From positions 1,792,001 to 1,856,000 of the forward strand of contig OY762492.1 in assembly GCA_963665845.2 (NCBI GenBank): a stretch of 64,000 nucleotides of DNA, written 5' to 3'. The DNA is from Candidatus Poribacteria bacterium. GTDB taxonomy: Bacteria; Poribacteria; WGA-4E; GCA-2687025. Each line of letters starts with the position of its first letter. Positions within the stretch are counted from its first letter, which is position 1. The position numbers and the translations under genes were made by a program. Below are positions 8,429 to 16,035 of this stretch, one piece after another. The notes below the pieces were generated by a model that searched no databases, had not been told where the DNA came from, and saw nothing but the letters and a program-made list of their open reading frames with translations.

Positions 8429-9529
8429 ATGCGAAAAGCGCGTCTCTTTCCGCGTTTTCTGATTCTTGCCGCCGCCTGTTTGTTTGCTGTGCCGCTTTCC
8501 GCTCGGGAGCCGAAAGTTCCGAAGCCGCTGGAGGACGCGACGAAGATCGAACGGCCGACCGTTTGCTATTCTGCCGGAAGAGCGGGCGGCCTTTGGTTCA
8601 TCGATTGGGACGGAAAGAACAACAGGCTTTGGCTGGGCGAAGACCTGTGGTTTATGGGTCCGGCGCGCTTTGGACCCAAGGGCAAGCGCGCCGCCTTCGT
8701 CGTATACTCAAGCGACTCAAGAGTCGGATACTCCATCTTCGTTCTGAATTTGGAGACCAATCGGGTAGAGAATCTGACCGATCGTCTTTTGGACCGCCGG
8801 CTAACGCTCACGGCGCCGCGCTGGTCCCCCAACGGGCAGTGGCTTGTGTGCCGCGGCTCCTCCGGCGACGGCAGGGTCAAGCCGCTGGACATTTACAAGT
8901 TGAATGTTTCGTCTGCCAAAGTTGTCAACTTGACAAGATCGCCGAATGATACCGACGATTGGCCCTCATTTTCGCCGGACGGCAAGAAGATTCTGTTCTC
9001 CTCCGCTCGCGGCGATCAGGACAACAGAGTTTGGGACATCTACATCATGGACGCCGACGGACGAAACGAAGTGAACCTGACGAACCATCCTGCCGTCGAC
9101 TCCACACCGGAATGGTCTCCGGACGGCAAGAGAATCGCGTTCCAATCCACACCGGATGATCGGTCGAACGGGAAGCGGGGACATGACATCTATCTCATGA
9201 ACGCGGATGGGTCGGAGGTGGAGCGGCTCACAACCGACGCGCGCTGGAAGACCGTGCGGAGCTGGTCTCCGGACAGCAAGTGGATTTTGACCGGCATTCA
9301 GCTTCCTTGGGACGACAATCGGTATCAGATTCACCGCGTCCATGTGGAGACGAAACAGATTGTCAAGATCACGCGCGCGCCGATGAGTTCGTCTTCAGCG
9401 AGTTGGGTTTTGGCGGGCAAAAGCCGCTTCCTCTCCGTAGACCCAGCCGGTAAAAAAAAAGCGCAATGGGGAGCAGTGAAAAAAACGGACAGCAGCCCGA
9501 ATAGTCCAGCTTCGCAAGACGGCGAATGA
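8429..9529 (+). CDS. Secreted TolB-like/PD40 beta-propeller protein, copy 1
   Basis: Signal peptide MRKARLFPRFLILAAACLFAVPLSA; repeated PxWSPDGK-I and DIYxMxADG blades; start behind AAAGGAG. Confidence 0.85.
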   Translation: MRKARLFPRFLILAAACLFAVPLSAREPKVPKPLEDATKIERPTVCYSAGRAGGLWFIDWDGKNNRLWLGEDLWFMGPARFGPKGKRAAFVVYSSDSRVGYSIFVLNLETNRVENLTDRLLDRRLTLTAPRWSPNGQWLVCRGSSGDGRVKPLDIYKLNVSSAKVVNLTRSPNDTDDWPSFSPDGKKILFSSARGDQDNRVWDIYIMDADGRNEVNLTNHPAVDSTPEWSPDGKRIAFQSTPDDRSNGKRGHDIYLMNADGSEVERLTTDARWKTVRSWSPDSKWILTGIQLPWDDNRYQIHRVHVETKQIVKITRAPMSSSSASWVLAGKSRFLSVDPAGKKKAQWGAVKKTDSSPNSPASQDGE

Positions 9530-9702
9530 CGCGCCGGCGGGGATTTTGCGGCTGAAGGGCGCAGGGCAGTACGCTCATACGGGGATATTCGCGGACGCGG
9601 CGCCTCTCCCAGAAAGGAGCTCGGCATGACAACCGCTCAATTTTCAAAACGCTGCGCCGTTTTCATAGCGGCGGGTCTGTTCGCCCTGCTCTCCGCCGCC
9701 GC
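9404..9702 (+). repeat. ~300-bp junction direct repeat, copy 1 (gene 3' end + spacer + next signal peptide)
   Basis: About 16 differences from 10583-10880 by manual alignment; partial third copy at 11788-11924. Confidence 0.92.
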
Positions 9703-10708
9703 TGTCGGAAACGATCTTGAACCGCTCGAAGATGTGACGAAGCTAGAAAAACCGACCATTTCTTATAGAGCCGAAGGAGGTGTGTACCTGATCGACTTCG
9801 ACGGTCAAAACAACCGGCTCTGGCTGAAGGGAGAATACGGACTTCCGATGTGGAGCATGGACGGCAGGCTCGTCTCTGTCGCCGGCGGCGTCCCGGACAA
9901 GTTCTACGGAAAATATGTTCTGAATCTCAGAACAGGGGAAGAGGCGAACATTACAAAGCGGATCATCCAGAAAATGGGCATCGAATTCTGGCGCGAATTT
10001 CACATCATTAGCAGCGAGTGGATGCCCGGGGGCAGGCAGATGGTTTGTAGAATCGGGGGGGACTTTCCGCCGCCTCATGGCCCCCCTGCCGAGCTTTATA
10101 TGCTGACCATCAGCACGGGCAAGATGGTCAACATCACGAACACGGCGGGCAAATCGGAAGGACCGTTGACCGTGTCTCCTGATGGAAAAATCGCGTTTTC
10201 TGCGAACGTGAAGGAGCCGTTCCATCACACTCACAAACACGACATTTTTATCATGAACGCGGACGGGACGGATGTGAGAAACATCACCAACACTCCCGAT
10301 GTGTACGAAGACTCCCCTGCTTGGTCTCCGGACGGCAAAAAGATCGCGTTTCTCGGTTTGGGAGGCGTTTATACCATGAACCCTGACGGCTCCAATATGG
10401 AGAAAATCGCGCCTGTCAAGGGCTGGGTAGAACTCACGACATGGTCTCCGGACAGCAAATGGATCTTATACGGAATGAATCCGGACAACATAAAATTCGG
10501 CTTTCGCATTTTGCGGGCGAATGTGGATACGAAGGAGATCGTTCGCGTTACGCCTGAAGGCGTCAACGCCGTGTTCGGGTCCTGGGTTTTGGCGGGCAAA
10601 AGCCGCTTCCTCTCCGTTGACCCAGCGGGTAAAAAAAAAGCGCAGTGGGGAGCGTTGAAAAAAGCGGACAGCAGCCCGAATAGTCCAGCTTCGCAAGACA
10701 GCGAATGA
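9626..10708 (+). CDS. Secreted TolB-like/PD40 beta-propeller protein, copy 2
   Basis: Signal peptide, PAWSPDGKKIAF blades, shared C-terminal tail. Confidence 0.85.
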   Translation: MTTAQFSKRCAVFIAAGLFALLSAAAVGNDLEPLEDVTKLEKPTISYRAEGGVYLIDFDGQNNRLWLKGEYGLPMWSMDGRLVSVAGGVPDKFYGKYVLNLRTGEEANITKRIIQKMGIEFWREFHIISSEWMPGGRQMVCRIGGDFPPPHGPPAELYMLTISTGKMVNITNTAGKSEGPLTVSPDGKIAFSANVKEPFHHTHKHDIFIMNADGTDVRNITNTPDVYEDSPAWSPDGKKIAFLGLGGVYTMNPDGSNMEKIAPVKGWVELTTWSPDSKWILYGMNPDNIKFGFRILRANVDTKEIVRVTPEGVNAVFGSWVLAGKSRFLSVDPAGKKKAQWGALKKADSSPNSPASQDSE

Positions 10709-10880
10709 CGCGCCGGCGGGATTTTGCGGCTGAAGGGCGCAGGGCAGTACGCTCATACGGGGATATTCGCGTCCGCGGCGCCTCTCCCAGAAAGGAGCTC
10801 GGCATGACAACCGTTCAATTTTCAAAACGCTACGCCGTTCTCATAGCGGCGGGTCTGTGCGCTCTGCTTTCCGCCGCCGC
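10583..10880 (+). repeat. ~300-bp junction direct repeat, copy 2
   Basis: Near-identical to 9404-9702. Confidence 0.92.
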
Positions 10881-11913
10881 AAACCAAGACCTCAAGCCGT
10901 TGGAAGACCCGACGAAACTGGAAAAGCCGACCATCTGCTATGACGGCAGAGAAGGACTGTACCTGATCGACTGGGACGGCCAAAACAGGCGGCTCTGGAT
11001 GAAAGGAATCTTCAACGGACCTGCCAGATGGAGCCGGGACGGGCGGTACGCCTCCTTCATGTACAGCCTGGATTACACGCATTACATCCTGGATCTGAAA
11101 ACCGGACGCCTGATCAACATGACGGAGCGTCTAAACCTCAGGGGCCGTAAGGACATCTACATGACCGGCGCATGGTGGTTTCCGGACGGAAGGCGGCTTG
11201 CGTGCCGGACAAACAGCTTTAACAATCCAATCGTAGCTCATTCCGACATCTACGTGTTGGATATTCGCACGACGGAGTTGGAACAGCTCACAGCGACGCC
11301 GTTCAAGGATGAGTATTGGGCTTCCGTCTCTGGAGACGGCAAGAAAATCGCTTATGTCGGCTACCCTGTCCGGAAAGATGAAATCAAGATTGACCATGGG
11401 GTCGAAAGCCCAGGCCATCCAAACCATCTCTATACGATGAGCTCGGACGGGTCGAACGTCGTCAATCTGACGAACAGCACCGCGTACGAGACCTACCCTG
11501 AATGGTCGCCGGACGGCAAGAAGATCGCGTTCGAAGCGGTTTTTCGCCCGGAGCAGGCGGGCGAAATTACCGGCGCTGACCTGTATATGATGGATCCGGA
11601 CGGTTCCAACGTTGAGCGGCTCACGAACCGCGAAGTTTGCCGGCGGGCGACTCTGCATGATTGGTCGCCTGACAGCAAGTGGATTCTGTTTCATATGGCT
11701 GAAGACGACGATTCGCCGTCCCAGCTTCACCGCGTTCATGTGGATACGCGGGAGATTGTGCGCATCGGGTACGCCGGCTCCTCGACGTGGGTCTGGGCGG
11801 GCAAAAGCCGCTTCCTCTCCGTCGATCCAGCCGGTAAAAAAAAAGCGCAATGGGGAGCAGTGAAAAAAACGGACAGCAGCCCGAATAGCCCAACTTCGCA
11901 AGACAGCGAATGA
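10804..11913 (+). CDS. Secreted TolB-like/PD40 beta-propeller protein, copy 3
   Basis: Start MTTVQF behind AAAGGAG, as in copy 2; PEWSPDGKKIAF blades; shared tail. Confidence 0.85.
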   Translation: MTTVQFSKRYAVLIAAGLCALLSAAANQDLKPLEDPTKLEKPTICYDGREGLYLIDWDGQNRRLWMKGIFNGPARWSRDGRYASFMYSLDYTHYILDLKTGRLINMTERLNLRGRKDIYMTGAWWFPDGRRLACRTNSFNNPIVAHSDIYVLDIRTTELEQLTATPFKDEYWASVSGDGKKIAYVGYPVRKDEIKIDHGVESPGHPNHLYTMSSDGSNVVNLTNSTAYETYPEWSPDGKKIAFEAVFRPEQAGEITGADLYMMDPDGSNVERLTNREVCRRATLHDWSPDSKWILFHMAEDDDSPSQLHRVHVDTREIVRIGYAGSSTWVWAGKSRFLSVDPAGKKKAQWGAVKKTDSSPNSPTSQDSE

Positions 11914-12010
11914 CGCGCCGGCGGAGTCTGCCTTCTCTTGACATTCGCGCCCGCATGCGTATCTTTGAGCATAGCATCGGCGGTCGGCATAGGCTGGATA
12001 GGGACGCATC

Positions 12011-12997
12011 ATGGTTTGGCAGCATCCTGCGGCGTTGATAGCGCTGGCGCTGGCGCCTCTTTACTGGGCGGCGGATGCGTATCTGTCGCGTTACGCTCCG
12101 GCGGCGCGGCATGGGAACGCGGACGCCCTGCTGGACGCCTCCTCCGGCGGGGCGCCGGGGCTGTTTCGTCGGTTGGCGCGCTGCGCCGCGGTGGCGCTGA
12201 TTGTCATGGCGCTCGCGCAGCCGAAATTGCCGGCAGACGGCCGGCTGAACGCCGGCGCAGGCGTCTCCATCTGCCTCGCCTTGGACCTGTCCCGCTCCAT
12301 GCGCGCCGAAGATTTTAAACCGAACCGACTCGAAGCGGCGAAATCGACGCTCCGCCGTTTTGTGAAGGCGCGCCCGGACGACCGCATCGGCATGGTCGCG
12401 TTTTCAGGCGACGCTTTCTTGCAGTCGCCGCTCACGCTTGACCATGCGGCGCTGGACAGGCTCATCGAACAGACCGATTTCAACCTTGTGGACGCCAACG
12501 GAACCGCCATCGGCGACGCGCTCATCAAGGCGGCGGCGCGTTTGAAAGACGCCCCCGGCAAAAGCCGCGTCATCGTTCTGGTGACGGACGGTGAAAACAA
12601 TGTCGGGCGCGTCGCCCCTGAAAGCGCGGCGGAAGCGGCCGCCGAGATGGGTATGCGCATCTTCGCTGTCGGCGTCGGAAGCGCGGAAGGCGCGCCGATT
12701 CCTCACCGCGGCGGTTTTGTGCGCCGGGCGGACGGCTCGCGCATCATCACCCGCGTAGACGAACTGTTGCTGCGGCAAATCGCCGACTCGACCGGCGGGC
12801 GGTATTTCAACGCCGCCGACCAGCGCGCCCTGGACGCGGCAATGCGGGAGATCGACCGCTTAGAAAAAGCGCCGACCGCTGCCGCGCGCTTGACAACCTA
12901 TCAGAACACGGCGCACTGGTTCTATCTGGCGGCGTTTCTGCTCCTCGCCGTTGAAAGCGCGCTAGCCCGCACGTTCCTGCGCGTTCTTCCGGAGTGA
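12011..12997 (+). CDS. von Willebrand factor A domain membrane protein (BatA-like)
   Basis: MIDAS DLSRSM, PNRLEAAK, GTAIGDAL, VTDGENN; N- and C-terminal TM segments. Confidence 0.85.
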   Translation: MVWQHPAALIALALAPLYWAADAYLSRYAPAARHGNADALLDASSGGAPGLFRRLARCAAVALIVMALAQPKLPADGRLNAGAGVSICLALDLSRSMRAEDFKPNRLEAAKSTLRRFVKARPDDRIGMVAFSGDAFLQSPLTLDHAALDRLIEQTDFNLVDANGTAIGDALIKAAARLKDAPGKSRVIVLVTDGENNVGRVAPESAAEAAAEMGMRIFAVGVGSAEGAPIPHRGGFVRRADGSRIITRVDELLLRQIADSTGGRYFNAADQRALDAAMREIDRLEKAPTAAARLTTYQNTAHWFYLAAFLLLAVESALARTFLRVLPE

Positions 12998-13834
12998 TCT
13001 CCACAGAACGACCGCCCCCGCCGCCATCAGAAGAAGCGACCAGAGCTGATACTCGGAAATGCCGTCCATCAGGAGCGTTCCGTCAAACGCCAGCCCGTCG
13101 TAGATGTTCTGCAGCGAGCGCGATTCCCAGCCCATCGGCGTCGCCTTGAACGAAAAGACGTCGGTCAAGCGCCAAAACTCGGTGATGAACCTTTCAACCG
13201 CCATGACCATCAGCGCCAGCCCTGTCATCGCGCCGGGCGCCGCATCGAGGCGTTTGCGCAGCGCCATTAAAACGGCGAATCCGATCAGCAGCAGGACGAT
13301 GTCGTAGATCGGCGTTGGATGCACGAGCAGCTCAACGCCATCAACGACGCTGGGGACGACGCCGTTTGAAAAGTCCATCGCCCAGGGGGCGTCTGTAGGC
13401 GGTCCGTAGTCGCCGTCGCCGGAGAGTAAGCATCCGACGCGCCCGAACGCCTGCCCGAGGGGCAGCGCGAGAGCGATCGAATCGAGCGGCGGAGCTAGGC
13501 GCCTTTCAGGGTCGGTTTCTTGGAGCTGTTTGCTGCGTTTCAGAACCAAGACGACCGCGATGGCTCCGCCCGTTAAGCCTCCGTACCATGTGAAGCCGAC
13601 GCCTGAAAACAGGGATCCCCAATCAAAACCCTGCGTGACGAAATGGTACAGCTTCGCCCCGACGATGCCGCCGACCAGCGCGCCGAAGACCGCATTGCCG
13701 GCTAGTTCGGGATGCATGCCTTTGCGGATGTAGTCGCGCCGTATGATGAAATGCGCGCCGAAGAACCCTGCCGCCATCATCAGCCCGAAGGTGTTGATGG
13801 CGAAGGGTCCTATTTCGAACAAGGTAGGTAAGAT
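12962..13834 (-). CDS. lgt: Prolipoprotein diacylglyceryl transferase (Lgt family)
   Basis: GIVGAKLYH, FTWYGG, GRVGC...GDGDYG, HPTPIY, ERFITEFWR; start probably ATC at 13834 (ORF track gives TTG 13822). Confidence 0.85.
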   Translation of the reverse strand: MLPTLFEIGPFAINTFGLMMAAGFFGAHFIIRRDYIRKGMHPELAGNAVFGALVGGIVGAKLYHFVTQGFDWGSLFSGVGFTWYGGLTGGAIAVVLVLKRSKQLQETDPERRLAPPLDSIALALPLGQAFGRVGCLLSGDGDYGPPTDAPWAMDFSNGVVPSVVDGVELLVHPTPIYDIVLLLIGFAVLMALRKRLDAAPGAMTGLALMVMAVERFITEFWRLTDVFSFKATPMGWESRSLQNIYDGLAFDGTLLMDGISEYQLWSLLLMAAGAVVLWRSLRKNAQERAG

Positions 13835-13862
13835 GTTTTACTCCTCCCGATTGCTTCGCCGT

Positions 13863-14972
13863 TTAGCCCGCCAGTTTCTCGCGCAGGCGTTTCCCTGACA
13901 TCGCGGCGACGACCGGCATGACGACGTCGCTCAAAATGCACGGCAGAAACACCGCAATAAAGAGAGTCACCAAAACCGCCGGGGCCTGCGCCCATCCAAA
14001 CCATGGGGTTTTCAAGACCCACAGCAGATACAGCAGCGATGCAACCGCCGACAGGGTCGTATGCAGGGAATGCGCGATGATGGAGACTGGCAATTTGCCG
14101 ATACGCGCCATGCCGATGAACGCCCCTACGACAGCGAAAAAGAGCGTAAAGATGAGGTGGTTGAGATCAAGAAAATGATCGAGAACCGAATGGCCGCCAT
14201 GACCGTCATGGGCGCCATGATCGTCATGACCGTCATGGGCTTCTCCTTCCGCGTGCGCTTCGGCTTCGTCATGGGCTTCCTCATCCGCATGCGCTTCGGC
14301 TTCGTCATGAGCTTCCCCATCCGCGTGGGCTTCGGCTTCGTCATGCGCCTCCTCTTCTGCGTGGGCGTCCGCTTCCGCATGGGAGTCTTGAAGGTTGAAC
14401 AATTTTGCGCCGGCTTGCGGCAGCGCCGCGTCGCTGAATGTGCAGAACGCGATGGAAAAGACGATGCCGACCGACATGGCGATGGCGACATTGCGCAGCT
14501 GCCGAAAAGCGACAGCGGAAGAGACGATCGCGCTGATGAAGATATGCATCATATGCGCGCCTCTAAATTCTCTCTGCCATTCCGCTTCGCGGAAAAGAGA
14601 AATGACGCCGATCGCCAGAACGACAGCGACCGTCACACCGAGGGTGAACGGAAGATGCGCCTTCAGCTCCGCCCATAAAACGCCGCCCATTCCGCCCCCG
14701 CCGCCATGGTCGTGTCCGTGATGATGCCCATGGCCGTGGTGATGGTGGTCGTGGTCATGCTCGTCATGGTCATGTCCGTGGTCGTGGTCATGCCCTTCGT
14801 GTCCGTGGTCATGGTCATGCTCGCCATGGTCATGTCCGTGGTCGTGGTCATGCCCCTCCTCCCCATGATCATGGTCATGCTCGTCATGGTCATGTCCGTC
14901 ATGCTCATGTTCAGGGGGCTGGTCTTGTTCGCTGCGGATGAATTCTTGTGTCGCGTCGCTCAAGTCTCGCAT
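13863..14972 (-). CDS. His-rich integral membrane protein, putative metal transporter/permease
   Basis: N-terminal HDHD tandem repeats, an internal (AHDEAEAHADxE)n loop, about 6-7 hydrophobic helices with intramembrane His (HMMH, HSLH). Confidence 0.6.
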   Translation of the reverse strand: MRDLSDATQEFIRSEQDQPPEHEHDGHDHDEHDHDHGEEGHDHDHGHDHGEHDHDHGHEGHDHDHGHDHDEHDHDHHHHGHGHHHGHDHGGGGGMGGVLWAELKAHLPFTLGVTVAVVLAIGVISLFREAEWQREFRGAHMMHIFISAIVSSAVAFRQLRNVAIAMSVGIVFSIAFCTFSDAALPQAGAKLFNLQDSHAEADAHAEEEAHDEAEAHADGEAHDEAEAHADEEAHDEAEAHAEGEAHDGHDDHGAHDGHGGHSVLDHFLDLNHLIFTLFFAVVGAFIGMARIGKLPVSIIAHSLHTTLSAVASLLYLLWVLKTPWFGWAQAPAVLVTLFIAVFLPCILSDVVMPVVAAMSGKRLREKLAG

Positions 14973-15028
14973 ATTTCACTCCATAAAGGTGAGCATTATC
15001 ATGCATCTTTTTTTCGAATCATGCAAGT

Positions 15029-15440
15029 CTGACCTTGCGTCTTTAGTTGGGACATGCCGCCGGGCGGGTTTCTGCGGCGCGGCGCATCCAATTCCCCCTT
15101 GAAAAGGGGGATGGGGAGGGTCTGCGCGGGCGGGTTGCGCTTGGTTTTGAACTAGGATTTTCAGGATTTATAAGATTTCCAGGATTTCAGGATGCGGCAT
15201 GTCTCAGGCGGAGTGTCGGTTTTCGGCAAACCTTTTGGCAATCTTTCAGTCCTATCCTCTTAGTTCAGTCAGCAGACGGTTTCGGCGGCGCCTCTAGATT
15301 CCCGCTTACGCGGGAAATGACAGGATGAGAGGGGCGGAAATGCATGTCCTCGCGGAAGCGGGGAACGAAATGTCAGGGGCGGAAATGATGACGAGAGGAA
15401 ACGCGCGGGAATGCATGTCCTCGCGGAAGCGGGGAACGAC
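15029..15440. repeat. Composite intergenic mosaic of short repeats
   Basis: Family-B TIR at 15029-15054, C/G hairpin at 15094-15120, TGAACTAGGATT element at 15147-15268, REP at 15297-15321, two ATGCATGTCCTCGCGGAAGCGGGGAACGA units. Confidence 0.8.
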
Positions 15441-15509
15441 AAGCGGCTTGACGGAACCAAGCGTTTCGTGTAAAACTGCTTCCAATGAAACTCAGGCGAT
15501 AGGAAAACG

Positions 15510-15890
15510 ATGAGCATCAAACCGACCGGCCTTCACCATGTCTCCGTCGTCGTCACGGACCTTGAACGCGCCAGCGCCTTTTACCGCGACGTCCTCGCGC
15601 TGGAGGAGGTGCCGAAGCCGTCCACCTTTAATTTTACGGTCGCATGGTTCCATTTCGGCGACTGCCAGGTGCATCTGATACCGCGCGGCGAAGCGGACGA
15701 CGACAGCCCCCGCCACTTTGCGCTCCATGTTGAAGACGCGAAGGCGGCGCGCGAACATATACGGGAGCGCGGCTGCGAAGTCTCCGAGACGACGCCGATC
15801 CCCGGCGCCGACCGGTTCTTTACGCGCGACCCGGACGGCAACCTCATTGAGCTGATCCAGTGGCTTGAGGAGTACGTGCCGGGCGCCTAA
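15510..15890 (+). CDS. VOC/glyoxalase family protein
   Basis: LHHVSVVVTDLERASAFY, HFALHVED, FFTRDPDGNLIEL. Confidence 0.9.
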   Translation: MSIKPTGLHHVSVVVTDLERASAFYRDVLALEEVPKPSTFNFTVAWFHFGDCQVHLIPRGEADDDSPRHFALHVEDAKAAREHIRERGCEVSETTPIPGADRFFTRDPDGNLIELIQWLEEYVPGA

Positions 15891-15972
15891 TTATTCAGCG
15901 CCTCAACGCGCGTTTCTTAAGCGCCGACGAGCCGAAACGCGCCGTAATACCGCATTTTACGCTGAATCCTGT

Positions 15973-15988
15973 TGGCACATGGTTTGCG
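15973..15988 (+). promoter_or_regulatory. sigma54 (-24/-12) promoter of amtB
   Basis: TGGCAC-ATGGT-TTGC, matching TGGCAC-N5-TTGC, 48 bp upstream of the amtB start. Confidence 0.75.
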
Positions 15989-16035
15989 CTAGAAAGCGTC
16001 AAGCGTGAACTTCACCATGTGTCAGGAGGATTCAA

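Noticed and set aside
8429-11913. True tolB of a Tol-Pal operon
   Set aside because: There is no TolB N-terminal domain and no tolQ, tolR, tolA or pal nearby; four paralogues are present.
8429-11924. Diversity-generating retroelement (TR/VR) explanation for the repeats
   Set aside because: There is no reverse transcriptase in the window, mismatches are not restricted to adenines, and the repeats cover the constant rather than the variable parts.
14061-15032. Met/Val-rich plus-strand ORFs (14061-14678, 14706-15032)
   Set aside because: They are antisense translations of the His/Asp codon repeats of the minus-strand gene.
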